Below, in pieces: positions 29,901 through 39,554 of a DNA stretch of 64,000 nt. Below the pieces are notes generated by a model. The model did no database searches, was not told where the DNA came from, and saw only the letters and a list, made by a program, of their open reading frames with translations. Source of the DNA: an uncultured Erysipelotrichaceae bacterium (lineage in GTDB: Bacteria > Bacillota_I > Bacilli_A > Erysipelotrichales > Erysipelotrichaceae); NCBI GenBank assembly GCA_964613305.1, contig CAZTII010000001.1:11990-75989 (forward strand). Reading direction: 5' to 3'. Positions within the stretch are counted from its first letter, which is position 1. Every line of letters begins with the position of its first letter. The position numbers and the translations under genes were made by a program.

Positions 29901-29929
29901 TTGACAACATTTCATAATTCATGTATTCT
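29901..29929 (+). promoter_or_regulatory. Candidate sigma-A promoter of argS
   Basis: TTGACA (29901-29906), 17-nt spacer, TATTCT (29924-29929). Confidence 0.5.
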
Positions 29930-29946
29930 TTATTCAGTAATTAAGG

Positions 29947-29979
29947 AAATTGTCTTGATACGTTAAGACGATTTTTTTT
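29947..29979 (+). terminator. Terminator-like hairpin inside the argS leader (or terminator of the ABC operon)
   Basis: AAATTGTCTT (29947-29956) pairs with AAGACGATTT (29965-29974) with one G-U pair and an 8-nt loop, followed by T5. It ends 1 nt before the argS SD. Confidence 0.45.
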
Positions 29980-29992
29980 GGAGAGGTATAAA

Positions 29993-31630
29993 ATGAATAA
30001 ATTAGAACAAAACTTGATTAATTTAATTAAAGAAGCAGTAACTTCTTGTTTTCAACTTGATGATGTAATGGTAATCGTGGAAATGCCGAAAGAGAAGAGT
30101 CATGGTGATTATTCTACAAATGTGGCTATGCGATTAGCGAAACAGTTGAAAAAAGCGCCACTGATGATTGCGAGTGAATTAGTGGTTTATTTATCAAAAC
30201 ATACGGAAATGATTGAAAAAGTAGAAGTTGCAAATCCAGGTTTTATTAATTTTACGTTAAAAAAAGTTGTTATTATGGATGTGATTAATACCATTCTTCG
30301 TGAAGGTGATAATTATGGTGCAAACAATGTAGGTCAATCAGAAAAAATATTAGTGGAGTACGTTAGTGCCAATCCAACCGGTAATCTTCATTTAGGTCAT
30401 GCACGTGGTGCAGCATGGGGGGATTGTATTACAAGGTGCTTAAATAAGAGTGGATATGATTGCTTACGTGAATATTATATAAATGATGCTGGAGCACAAA
30501 TGAATAATTTGGCTAAATCAGTATATAGCCGTTATGCTAGTTATTTTAATGTTGACGTAGCGATGCCTGAAGATGGATATTATGGAGACGATGTTAAAGA
30601 AATTGGTATTGAACTAGCAAAAGAATTAGGTGACTGCTGGTTACATCAAGAAGAAGGTCGTTTAGCATTTTTTAGAGAAGCTGGTAAAATAAAAGAATTA
30701 GAAAAAATTAAAAAAGATTTAAATTTTTATCGTTGTAGTTTTGATTCATGGATTTCGGAAGAACAATTATATAAAGATGGAAAAGTAGAACAATGTATTG
30801 AGACAATGAAGCAAAAAGGTGTAACTTATGAAAAAGAAGATGCCTTATGGTTTAAGTCTACTTTATGGAACGATGATAAAGATCGTGTTCTAATTAAATC
30901 GGATGGGTCTTATACATATCTTGTTCCAGATATTGCAAATCATATTAGTAAAGTAGAACGCGGTTATGAAAAATTAGTTAATTTATGGGGTGCTGATCAC
31001 CATGGATACATTCCACGTATGAAAGCGGCGATGGAAGCATTGGGTTATCCTTCAGATTGCCTAGAAGTGGATATCATTCAAATGGTTCGACTAGTTGAAG
31101 ATGGCAATGAAGTTAAAATGAGTAAGCGTACGGGCAATGCGATTACCATTCGTGAGTTATGTGACGATATTGGTGTTGATGCGGCAAGATATTTCTTTGT
31201 AAGTCGTGCGGTGGATACTCATTTAGATTTTGATTTAGGATTAGCGAGAAAACGTAGTAATGAAAATCCAGTATTTTATGCTCAATACGCTCATGCACGT
31301 CTTTGTTCAATCTTACGAAATGCACCAACTTTCAAACCTCAAGAAAGTTATGGGTTACTCGTTCACGATAAAGAAATTGAATTATGTCAACTTTTAAATG
31401 AATTTGTTGGCGTTGTTGCGGATGCGGCCAAAACACGTTCACCTCATAAAATATGTAACTACATTCAAAAATGTGCAGGTGCTTTCCATAGTTTTTATGG
31501 TGCTTGTAAAATTATTGATGAAACCAACGTTGAACTTACTAATGAACGTTTAGGACTTGTTGTAGCAACGAAAATTACATTAAGAAATGCATTTGATTTA
31601 ATTGGAATTGAAGCTGTAGAAAGTATGTAA
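29993..31630 (+). CDS. argS: Arginyl-tRNA synthetase
   Basis: HIGH-type motif ANPTGNLHLGHARG, the KMSKRTGN loop, and a C-terminal DALR-type anticodon-binding domain. ATG 29993 behind GGAGAGG. Confidence 0.92.
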   Translation: MNKLEQNLINLIKEAVTSCFQLDDVMVIVEMPKEKSHGDYSTNVAMRLAKQLKKAPLMIASELVVYLSKHTEMIEKVEVANPGFINFTLKKVVIMDVINTILREGDNYGANNVGQSEKILVEYVSANPTGNLHLGHARGAAWGDCITRCLNKSGYDCLREYYINDAGAQMNNLAKSVYSRYASYFNVDVAMPEDGYYGDDVKEIGIELAKELGDCWLHQEEGRLAFFREAGKIKELEKIKKDLNFYRCSFDSWISEEQLYKDGKVEQCIETMKQKGVTYEKEDALWFKSTLWNDDKDRVLIKSDGSYTYLVPDIANHISKVERGYEKLVNLWGADHHGYIPRMKAAMEALGYPSDCLEVDIIQMVRLVEDGNEVKMSKRTGNAITIRELCDDIGVDAARYFFVSRAVDTHLDFDLGLARKRSNENPVFYAQYAHARLCSILRNAPTFKPQESYGLLVHDKEIELCQLLNEFVGVVADAAKTRSPHKICNYIQKCAGAFHSFYGACKIIDETNVELTNERLGLVVATKITLRNAFDLIGIEAVESM

Positions 31631-31657
31631 AAATGTGATAACTCACATTTTTATTTT
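31630..31657 (+). terminator. Rho-independent terminator of argS
   Basis: AAAATGTGA TAAC TCACATTTT followed by a T-rich tail. Confidence 0.75.
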
Positions 31658-31730
31658 GACAAAAATATTGTATTGTCTATGTAGTTGTCATTTAAAAGGA
31701 TTATAATAAGTCTATGAAAAGGAGATTTTT

Positions 31731-32132
31731 ATGAATAAATTTCAAGCATGGTTAAATAATGTAATGCGTGGTCGCTATGGTAATGACTCATTGAATCAAG
31801 CGATTAGTATAGTGGCGATTGTATTATGGATTATTAATTTTATTGTTAAAAATAATATTTTACAAACTGTTGTATTAGTTTTAATGATTTTAACAATTGT
31901 GCGTTCGTTTTCTAAAAAATGGGCGAAAAGAAATGCGGAAAATCAAAAGTATTTAAATGCAACTATGCCAATTCGTCGTTATTTTAAAGTGGTTAAACGT
32001 AATTTTGATGATAAAGGTTATAAATATTTTCTTTGCCCAACGTGTAAAACAATGGTAAGAATACCAAGAGGAAGAGGTAAAGTAGAAATCAAATGTCCAA
32101 ATTGCCAACGTAAATTTGACCGTAAAAGCTAA
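31731..32132 (+). CDS. Small membrane protein with C-terminal zinc ribbon
   Basis: Two TM helices, then CPTCKTMVRIPRGRGKVEIKCPNCQRKF (CxxC-N15-CxxC). Confidence 0.6.
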   Translation: MNKFQAWLNNVMRGRYGNDSLNQAISIVAIVLWIINFIVKNNILQTVVLVLMILTIVRSFSKKWAKRNAENQKYLNATMPIRRYFKVVKRNFDDKGYKYFLCPTCKTMVRIPRGRGKVEIKCPNCQRKFDRKS

Positions 32133-32134
32133 TA

Positions 32135-32158
32135 AAAATGTCGACTAGTCGACATTTT
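32135..32158. terminator. Bidirectional terminator (palindrome)
   Basis: AAAATGTCGAC TA GTCGACATTTT is a perfect palindrome between convergent genes. Confidence 0.7.
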
Positions 32159-33320
32159 ATTTTACAACGATAACGCGGAATACACCTTGAATTGCTTCTA
32201 CTTTAGAAATGATTTCATCATTTGTATGATTTTCTAAGTCCATTAATGTATACGCTACTTGATTTCGTGAATTGTTAATTAAATTTGCGATATTAATAGA
32301 TGAAGCAGCTAATGTTTGCGTGATTTGACCAATCATATTTGGTATATTTTGGTGCAAAATAGCAATACGAGATGCACTACTACATACTCCCATAGAACAA
32401 TTAGGGTAATTGACAGAGTTGCGAATATTTCCATTTTCTAAGTAATCCATAATTTGATCAACTGCCATTTCGGCACAATTATCTTCTGATTCGGCAGTAC
32501 TAGCACCTAAATGAGGAATACAGATGGTATTTTTCATTTTAACGGATGTTGGATTTGGAAAGTCAGTAACGTATCGTGCGACTTTACCTTCTTCAAGAGC
32601 AACACTTAAATCATTTTCATTGACTAAGATATCTCTTGAGAAGTTTAATAAAATGGTTCCTTGTTTCATTTTACTAATGGTAGATGCATTAATCATTCCT
32701 TTAGTTTCAGGAGTAAGTGGCATATGTAGAGTAATAAAATCACAGTTTGATAATATTTCATTAATATCGGTAATGTGAATTACTTTTCTTGATAATGACC
32801 AGGCTGAATTAACAGAAATAAATGGATCATAACCATATACTTTTAAACCTAGTGTCGAACATGCATTCGCAACTTTTGTACCAATTGCTCCTAGTCCAAT
32901 AACACCGATGCTTTTTCCAGCAATTTCGTGTCCTGCAAAAGCTTTTTTCGCTTTTTCAACGGTTTTAGCAATTTCTGGGTCATCTTGATGGTCATTAACC
33001 CATTGATTACCACCAATAATATCTCTGCTTACAAGAAGTAGTGAAGCGATAACAAGTTCTTTTACTGCATTTGCATTTGCCCCAGGAGTGTTGAAAACAA
33101 CAATTCCTGAAGATGCAGCTACATCAAGAGGAATATTGTTTACACCGGCACCAGCACGAGCGATACAATGTAGATTTTTACTAAAGGTCATGTCATGCAT
33201 TGATGAACTTCTTACTAAAATACCGTTAGCTTCTTCAATGGTTGGGGTAATTTGGTAGTCATCACTAAAGCGATTTAAACCACATTTAGCGATGGCATCT
33301 AAACAAGCAATTTTTTTCAT
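32157..33320 (-). CDS. serA: D-3-phosphoglycerate dehydrogenase with C-terminal ACT domain
   Basis: 2-hydroxyacid dehydrogenase NAD motif GVIGLGAIGTKVA, catalytic HLGAST, and an ACT-like tail. Upstream neighbour is serC. Confidence 0.88.
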   Translation of the reverse strand: MKKIACLDAIAKCGLNRFSDDYQITPTIEEANGILVRSSSMHDMTFSKNLHCIARAGAGVNNIPLDVAASSGIVVFNTPGANANAVKELVIASLLLVSRDIIGGNQWVNDHQDDPEIAKTVEKAKKAFAGHEIAGKSIGVIGLGAIGTKVANACSTLGLKVYGYDPFISVNSAWSLSRKVIHITDINEILSNCDFITLHMPLTPETKGMINASTISKMKQGTILLNFSRDILVNENDLSVALEEGKVARYVTDFPNPTSVKMKNTICIPHLGASTAESEDNCAEMAVDQIMDYLENGNIRNSVNYPNCSMGVCSSASRIAILHQNIPNMIGQITQTLAASSINIANLINNSRNQVAYTLMDLENHTNDEIISKVEAIQGVFRVIVVK

Positions 33321-33323
33321 TTT

Positions 33324-34409
33324 TTATTCTCCGTGATTTTTTTCGAATTCTTTCATAAATTCTACAAGTTGTACTATGCCTTCTCTTGGCATTGCATTGT
33401 AAATACTAGCACGCATTCCGCCTACAGCACGATGGCCTTTTAAGTTTTCAAAGCCTGCTTTTTTCGCTTCTTTTACAAATAAATTATCTAATTCTTCATT
33501 GCCAGTAACAAATGTTACGTTCATGACAGAACGATCTTTTTTGTTGACACTGTTTTTAAATAATTTGCTGTTATCAATGAAATCGTAAAGAAGCTGTGCT
33601 TTTTCTTCGTTACGTTGTTTCATTGCTTCTAATCCACCTTGTTTTTTAAGCCATTTAAACATTTTTCCACACATGTAAATAGCGTATGTATTTGGTGTAT
33701 TGTACATTGATTCGTTATCGGCATATGTTTTGTATTTTAACATTGTTGGTGTTTTGGCAAGTGTTTCTTCACTGATTAAATCATTTCTAATAATAACAAT
33801 AGCCATTCCTGCAGGACCTACATTTTTTTGTACTCCCGCATAGATTAAACCGTATTTTGATACATCGATTGGTTCTGATAAGAAGCAACTTGACATATCT
33901 GATACAAGAGGTTTTCCTTTCGTGTTTGGTAATTCTTTAAACTTAGTTCCATAGATTGTGTTATTTTCACAAATATGAACATAATCACTATCTTCACGAA
34001 TATCTAAGTTACTGCAATCTGGAATGGTTTGGAAGTTGTCATTTTTTCCTGAAGCTACCGCAATAGCATCTCCAAAAATCTTTCCTTCTTCATACGCTTT
34101 TTTAGAAAACATTCCTGTTACAATATAATCGGCTTTTCCATTTTTCATTAAATTCATCGGTACCATTGCAAATTGCATAGAAGCACCACCTTGAATAAAT
34201 AAAACGGAATAATTTTCCGGAATGTTCAATAAGTCGATACAATCGTTGACGGTCTCTTTATAAATGTCTAAGTAAGCGTTGGAGCGGTGTGACATCTCCA
34301 TTACCGACATGCCCGAGCCACGATAGTTAAGCATTTCTTCTTGTGCTTCTAATAAAATATCTTCGGGTAATACTGCTGGACCTGCTGAGAAATTAAAACA
34401 TCTTTTCAT
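33324..34409 (-). CDS. serC: Phosphoserine aminotransferase
   Basis: FNFSAGPAVLPEDIL, GGASMQF, YAGVQKNVGPAG. ATG 34409 behind GGAGGAAAT. Confidence 0.9.
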   Translation of the reverse strand: MKRCFNFSAGPAVLPEDILLEAQEEMLNYRGSGMSVMEMSHRSNAYLDIYKETVNDCIDLLNIPENYSVLFIQGGASMQFAMVPMNLMKNGKADYIVTGMFSKKAYEEGKIFGDAIAVASGKNDNFQTIPDCSNLDIREDSDYVHICENNTIYGTKFKELPNTKGKPLVSDMSSCFLSEPIDVSKYGLIYAGVQKNVGPAGMAIVIIRNDLISEETLAKTPTMLKYKTYADNESMYNTPNTYAIYMCGKMFKWLKKQGGLEAMKQRNEEKAQLLYDFIDNSKLFKNSVNKKDRSVMNVTFVTGNEELDNLFVKEAKKAGFENLKGHRAVGGMRASIYNAMPREGIVQLVEFMKEFEKNHGE

Positions 34410-34559
34410 ACATATTTCCTCCATGCACTATATTATATCTAAAAGAAGTTAAAAATGATACATAAAAATTAAAAAAATGAAAAATTTGTAAAAATTAATG
34501 AAAGAAAACTAAATAATTTTCATAGCATATAAAAAAAGTAAGAGAAACATTACTTTCTC

Positions 34560-34979
34560 TTACTCAATTTCGATTGTTGTAGCTTTTTCAATCAGTTGTT
34601 TTGATTTGTTTGGAACGATGATTTTAAGTTCACCGTTTTCGAATTTTGCTTTAATATCTTCTACTGTAACACCTTCACCAACGTAGTAACTTCTAGAGCA
34701 TTGTCCACTAAATCTTTCTTGGCGAATAATTGTACCGTTATCGTCTTTTTCTTCTTTTGATGTTGTTCTAGAAGCGGAAATTTTTAGTGTTCCTTGTTCT
34801 AAATCAATTTTAATGTCTTCTTTCTTAAAACCTGGTAATTCGATGTCTAATAAGAAATTACCATCAAGTTCTTTAATGTCAGTTTTCATCAGATTGTGGT
34901 TGGTTGGTGTCGAGTCGAAGAATGCATCATTAAGCATTTCGTCAAACAAGTTGTAGCGTCTTGGTAAAATTCTTAGCAT
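34560..34979 (-). CDS. Hsp20/alpha-crystallin small heat-shock protein
   Basis: TDIKELDGNFLLDIELPGFKKEDIKIDLEQGTLKISA...ENGELKIIVPK is the alpha-crystallin domain. A terminator hairpin GTAAGAGAAA/TTTCTCTTAC plus T7 lies downstream. Confidence 0.88.
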   Translation of the reverse strand: MLRILPRRYNLFDEMLNDAFFDSTPTNHNLMKTDIKELDGNFLLDIELPGFKKEDIKIDLEQGTLKISASRTTSKEEKDDNGTIIRQERFSGQCSRSYYVGEGVTVEDIKAKFENGELKIIVPNKSKQLIEKATTIEIE

Positions 34980-35036
34980 AATATCGCCTCTTTCTATATG
35001 GGAAGCCTTAGCTTCATTTATAGTATATCACATCTT

Positions 35037-35063
35037 TTAGCACTGTCAAGCATAGAGTGCTAA
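35037..35063. promoter_or_regulatory. CIRCE operator (HrcA binding site)
   Basis: TTAGCACTG-TCAAGCATA-GAGTGCTAA compared with consensus TTAGCACTC-N9-GAGTGCTAA: one mismatch and an exact 9-nt spacer. It lies 58 nt upstream of the hsp20 start. Confidence 0.85.
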
Positions 35064-35187
35064 AAATAATTTTAAAATTTTTAAAAAGTTTGAAAGATTT
35101 GTTGAACAAAAAACGTATTATTAGTGAAAGGGGTAGTGGTAGAAAATAAAAAAACGATGTACAATAACAATATGTGAAGGGTGTTAA

Positions 35188-35673
35188 GTGATGAAAACAG
35201 AACAACAAGTTGAATTAGCTATTGATAAATATGCAAGTGAAATTCGTAAAATATGTTTTATTCATTGTAAAAATGAAGCGGATGTCGATGATATAAGTCA
35301 GAGTATTTTTATAAAGTATTATGAGTCTGATGAAGAGTTTAGTTCTGAAGAACATGAAAAAGCGTGGATTATTCGCGTAACAATCAATGCTTGTCATGAT
35401 ATTTTTAGAACGTGGTTTCGAAAAAATGCGGTGTTAACGGATGATTTTAGTACTTTTTCTATCGATCCTAAACAAGAAGATGGAAGAATTCTAGAAATGG
35501 TTCGTAAGTTAAAACCAAATTGGCGTGATGCGATTTATTTATTTTATTATCAAGAATATTCAACGAAAGAAATTGCGAAAATATTAAATAGTAATGAAAA
35601 CACGGTTTCTACTTGGTTAAAAAGAGGAAAGGAAGCATTGAAAGACATGTTAGGGGGTGACTACTTTGAATAA
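35188..35673 (+). CDS. ECF-type sigma-70 family RNA polymerase sigma factor
   Basis: Region 2 (DVDDISQSIFIKYY...AWIIRVTINACHDIFR) and region 4 HTH (YYQEYSTKEIAKILNSNENTVSTWLKRGKEAL). Confidence 0.85.
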   Translation: MMKTEQQVELAIDKYASEIRKICFIHCKNEADVDDISQSIFIKYYESDEEFSSEEHEKAWIIRVTINACHDIFRTWFRKNAVLTDDFSTFSIDPKQEDGRILEMVRKLKPNWRDAIYLFYYQEYSTKEIAKILNSNENTVSTWLKRGKEALKDMLGGDYFE

Positions 35674-36358
35674 ACCATTAAGAGCATTGGATAAGGTTGT
35701 TGTAAGTGATGAGAAAAAACGACAGTTATTAAATTCAGTATTAACAAAAAAAGAAAAAAAGAAAGTATTTTCAATGAAGATGGTAGCACCACTAGTATTA
35801 GCGAGTTTATTGTTGATGATGTTTCCAATGAATAAACAAATGGATAATACTATTGTTAGTCATGTTGCCTTGGATCTTAATCCGAGTATCGTGTTGGATT
35901 TAAATGCGGAAGATAAGGTTGTAGGTATTGTTGCGGTAAATGATGATGCCAAAGACATTGTAAATAACGTTACTGTCAATGGACTACCAGTAGAAGAAGC
36001 GATGGAAGTAATCTTTACTAATGAAATATATAAAAAGTATTTAAATGATGGATTTTTATCAGTAAGTGTATATAGTGAACAAGAAGATAAATCGATGAGA
36101 TTAAAGGATAAATTAGAAAAATCACTTAAAAATCGATTTAGTGATGAATGTCAAATTCAGCATGTTGATGAAAAGACATGGAATAGTGCCAAAGAAATGA
36201 ATGTTGGTGTTGGCAAGTATGTTGCGATTCAAGAAATTTTAGTGAATAACACAACATATTCTATGGACGAATTAAAAGATATGTCGATGAGAGATTTAAA
36301 AAATATAACAGATGGAACGTTTTCTGGAAAAGGAAAATATCAAAATAAAAGAAAGTAG
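35657..36358 (+). CDS. Putative anti-sigma factor (single-pass membrane protein)
   Basis: Overlaps the sigma gene. Short cytoplasmic N-terminus, one TM segment (MVAPLVLASLLLMMFP), then an extracytoplasmic domain. TTG 35666 behind GGGGGTGA is an alternative start. Confidence 0.6.
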   Translation: MTTLNKPLRALDKVVVSDEKKRQLLNSVLTKKEKKKVFSMKMVAPLVLASLLLMMFPMNKQMDNTIVSHVALDLNPSIVLDLNAEDKVVGIVAVNDDAKDIVNNVTVNGLPVEEAMEVIFTNEIYKKYLNDGFLSVSVYSEQEDKSMRLKDKLEKSLKNRFSDECQIQHVDEKTWNSAKEMNVGVGKYVAIQEILVNNTTYSMDELKDMSMRDLKNITDGTFSGKGKYQNKRK

Positions 36359-36364
36359 GATACT

Positions 36365-36988
36365 ATGAAAAAAATAGGAATTATGATTATATTGGGTTGT
36401 GCATTAGTAGGATGTACACAACAGCCAAAAGAAGTAGCAACAGCAACAACACAACCAGTAGTAACAGCACAGCCAACAGCAACACCAGAAGTAATCGTTG
36501 AAAAACAACACACAGAGTTTGCGAAAGAAACGATTGATGATAAACAACTTGTATTGTCAATTGATGGATATGGTTCTAAAGCAGCTTTAAATGATAAAGA
36601 ATTAACATTAATTGATATGTTGCATTACGCTGTTGCTGATGAGTATGCAGCACATGGTGAATATGAAGCAATTATGGAAAAATATGGAGTAGTTAAACCT
36701 TACAGCAACATTAGTAAAAGTGAAGTACAACATCTTTCTTTGTTGAAATCATTGTTTGATGCGTATGGACTTGATTTTTTAGAAGATGAATCAAAAGAAC
36801 ACGTTGTAGTTCCTAGTTCACTAGAAGAAGCTGCTAAAATTGGTGTTCAAGCAGAAATTGATAATATTGCGATGTATGAGAAATTCTTAGAACAAGATAT
36901 TCCTGATTCTGCTAGAGAAGTATTTACAGCATTAAGAGATGCGTCAAAAAGTCATTTATTAGCGTTTCAAAAACAAATTAAGTCATAA
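36365..36988 (+). CDS. Lipoprotein with ferritin-like DUF2202-type domain
   Basis: Lipobox LVGCTQ and a T/P/Q-rich linker. The block HYAVADEYAAHGEYEAIMEKYG...SEVQHLSLL resembles the DUF2202 ferritin-like fold (from memory). Confidence 0.6.
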   Translation: MKKIGIMIILGCALVGCTQQPKEVATATTQPVVTAQPTATPEVIVEKQHTEFAKETIDDKQLVLSIDGYGSKAALNDKELTLIDMLHYAVADEYAAHGEYEAIMEKYGVVKPYSNISKSEVQHLSLLKSLFDAYGLDFLEDESKEHVVVPSSLEEAAKIGVQAEIDNIAMYEKFLEQDIPDSAREVFTALRDASKSHLLAFQKQIKS

Positions 36989-36992
36989 TAAT

Positions 36993-37030
36993 AAAACCAT
37001 AGAGTAGCGAATGCTATTTTATGGTTTTTT
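36993..37030 (+). terminator. Rho-independent terminator of the ECF module
   Basis: AAAACCATA...TATGGTTTT with an inner TAGC/GCTA pairing, then T6. Confidence 0.75.
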
Positions 37031-37040
37031 AGTATTATAT

Positions 37041-37069
37041 AAAAAAAAAGGAATTTTTTAGAATTCCTT
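37041..37069 (-). terminator. Rho-independent terminator of asnA
   Basis: Minus strand: AAGGAAT...ATTCCTT followed by T9. Confidence 0.7.
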
Positions 37070-37070
37070 C

Positions 37071-38078
37071 TTATAAGATATGAATATTATGTTTTTCGCA
37101 CTCTTCAAGCATTTCTTTTGGCCAAATGCTTGCTTGAACTTCACCTACATGGGCTTTATTGAGTAGTAACATGCATAAGCGTGATTGGCCAATACCGCCA
37201 CCAATAGTATATGGTAATTCTTTGTTGATGACCATTTGATGGTATGGTAGTTGTAAACGATGTTCTAAGTTTGCTTTTTTACATTGGCTAATGATAGATT
37301 CTTCATCAACACGAATACCCATGCTTGATATTTCTAAAGCACAATCGAGTAAATCGTACCAAAACATGATGTCGCCGTTGAGTTGCCAATCATCATAGTC
37401 TGGTGATCGTCCATCATGTGATTTACCACTGTTTAGCTTTTCACCTATTTTCATAATAAAGACGCAACCTAATTCTTTTGTAATTAAGTTTTCGCGTTCT
37501 TTGGAACTTTTATCTGGCCAACGATCTTCTAATTGTTGGGTTGTTACAAAATGGATTTGATCTGGTAATGTATTTACCGCTTGTGGGTATTTATACCATA
37601 CTTCATGTTCCATGTGCTTAATGACTTTAAAAATATCGTTGACAGTATCGATAAGTACTTGTTCACAACGTTCTTCTTTTGAAATTATTTTTTCCCAATC
37701 CCATTGGTCAACATAACAAGAATGAATGTTATCGATTTCTTCGTCGCGACGAATCGCATTCATGTTCGTATATAATCCTTCATGGAGTTTAAAATCATAT
37801 TTTTTTAATGCTAAACGTTTCCATTTTGCTAAAGATTGAACTACTTCAATTTCTTCATTTGGTATTTCTGGCATATCGAAGGATACTGGACGTTCAACAC
37901 CACTTAAATTGTCATTTAAACCAGAACTTTTTTCTACAAAAAGAGGTGCTGAAATTCTTGATAGGCCAAGGGTAAATCCAAGCTCCTTTTGAAATTTATC
38001 ACGAATATATTTTATTGCATCTTGTGTTTCTCTAACCGTTAAAACAGGGTTATAGTCTTTTGGGACAAATAGTTTCAT
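37071..38078 (-). CDS. asnA: Aspartate-ammonia ligase (asparagine synthetase A)
   Basis: 335 aa. [12 protein letters not shown], class-II synthetase-like core, [14 protein letters not shown] near the C-terminus. Confidence 0.88.
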   Translation of the reverse strand: MKLFVPKDYNPVLTVRETQDAIKYIRDKFQKELGFTLGLSRISAPLFVEKSSGLNDNLSGVERPVSFDMPEIPNEEIEVVQSLAKWKRLALKKYDFKLHEGLYTNMNAIRRDEEIDNIHSCYVDQWDWEKIISKEERCEQVLIDTVNDIFKVIKHMEHEVWYKYPQAVNTLPDQIHFVTTQQLEDRWPDKSSKERENLITKELGCVFIMKIGEKLNSGKSHDGRSPDYDDWQLNGDIMFWYDLLDCALEISSMGIRVDEESIISQCKKANLEHRLQLPYHQMVINKELPYTIGGGIGQSRLCMLLLNKAHVGEVQASIWPKEMLEECEKHNIHIL

Positions 38079-38178
38079 AAGTTACCTCCAACTTTTGAAT
38101 TGTATAATAAAATAGCCGTTTGAGCAAGCTTTAAGTGGAAGTTTAAAAAAATATGATACAATAATCACGAGGTGGAAT

Positions 38179-39483
38179 ATGAAAATTGGTGTAATTTCCT
38201 TAGGGTGTTGTAAGAATTTAGTTGATACAGAAAATTTATTAGGAATGTTAGAATTTTCTAATGTAAGTATTGTATCTAAGCCAAGTCAAGCAGATGCGAT
38301 TATTATTAATACGTGTGGATTTATTGAAATGGCCAAAACAGAAGCGATTGATACTATTTTAGAAATGGCTGACTATAAAAATAAAAAGTGTAAAAAATTG
38401 ATTGTAATGGGATGTTTAGCGCAACGCTATCAACAATCATTAATAGAAGAGCTTCCAGAAGTAGATCGTTTTATTCGTATTGATGAGTATAGTATGTTGG
38501 ATACTATTTTATCGGAAGTATTAGAAATAAAAATCACTGGTAAATACAATTGTGTTCCACGAAAATTATCAGGAAAACCATGGATGGCTTATTTAAAGAT
38601 TGCGGATGGATGTGATAATCGATGTGCATTTTGTGCCATTCCATTAATTAGAGGACCTTATCGCTCATTTAAAATGGAAGAGTTACTCTCTGAAGCAAAA
38701 CGATTAGTTTCCATAGGTGTTAAAGAGATTAATTTAATTGCTCAAGATACAACTCGTTATGGTCTTGATTTAGAAAGAAAAAGGTTATTAATTCCTTTAC
38801 TACAACAATTAAATGCGATAGAAGAAGTTCGTTGGATTCGTTTATTATATATGTATCCAGATGAAATCGATGAGGAATTAATTAAGGCGATGTCATCGCT
38901 AGATAAAGTATTACCATACTTTGATATACCAGTACAACATGGGTCTAATCGTATGCTCAAAGTAATGAATCGAAGAGGTACGATAGAGGAAATATTAGAT
39001 GTTATTGATATTATTAAAAAATATTATCCTAATCCCATACTACGTTCTACATTGATTGTTGGTTTTCCTAGTGAAACAGAAGAAGATTTCAATCAATTAT
39101 TGACAATGGTAAACCATGTTAAGTGGGACCATTTAGGTGCTTTTACGTATTCTAGGGAAGAAGATACATCATCGTATTTAATGGAAGATGATGTGACTGA
39201 AGACGTTAAAAATGAACGTCTACAACGTGTTTTATCACTTCAAAATCAAATTCGTGAAGAAAAGATGAAACAATTTATTAATCAAGAATTTGATGTTATT
39301 GTAGAATCACAAAATGGTCTTACAGGAATGTATCAAGGTCGTAGTTTTTATCATGCTCCTGATGGTATTGATGGTGGAGTTTATTTTAAAAGTGAGTCAT
39401 TACTATCGTTAGGTGATATTGTAAGTGTTTCTATTGAAAAAGTTGTACAAGAAAAAATGTTTGGAAAGATTATTAAAAAATAG
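38179..39483 (+). CDS. rimO: Ribosomal protein S12 methylthiotransferase
   Basis: ISLGCCKNLVDTE N-terminus, radical-SAM CDNRCAFCAIP, C-terminal TRAM domain. Confidence 0.85.
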   Translation: MKIGVISLGCCKNLVDTENLLGMLEFSNVSIVSKPSQADAIIINTCGFIEMAKTEAIDTILEMADYKNKKCKKLIVMGCLAQRYQQSLIEELPEVDRFIRIDEYSMLDTILSEVLEIKITGKYNCVPRKLSGKPWMAYLKIADGCDNRCAFCAIPLIRGPYRSFKMEELLSEAKRLVSIGVKEINLIAQDTTRYGLDLERKRLLIPLLQQLNAIEEVRWIRLLYMYPDEIDEELIKAMSSLDKVLPYFDIPVQHGSNRMLKVMNRRGTIEEILDVIDIIKKYYPNPILRSTLIVGFPSETEEDFNQLLTMVNHVKWDHLGAFTYSREEDTSSYLMEDDVTEDVKNERLQRVLSLQNQIREEKMKQFINQEFDVIVESQNGLTGMYQGRSFYHAPDGIDGGVYFKSESLLSLGDIVSVSIEKVVQEKMFGKIIKK

Positions 39484-39554
39484 TAAGCGGTACCATTTTT
39501 ATTGAACAATTGGATTATTTTAGTATAATTAGAGTATCAAGAAAGGGATATGTG

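Noticed and set aside
34410-34559. Riboswitch or T-box upstream of serC-serA, and likewise upstream of asnA (38079-38178)
   Set aside because: The leaders are about 100 nt or shorter, AT-rich, and lack any conserved riboswitch core. Only promoter-like -10 elements are seen.
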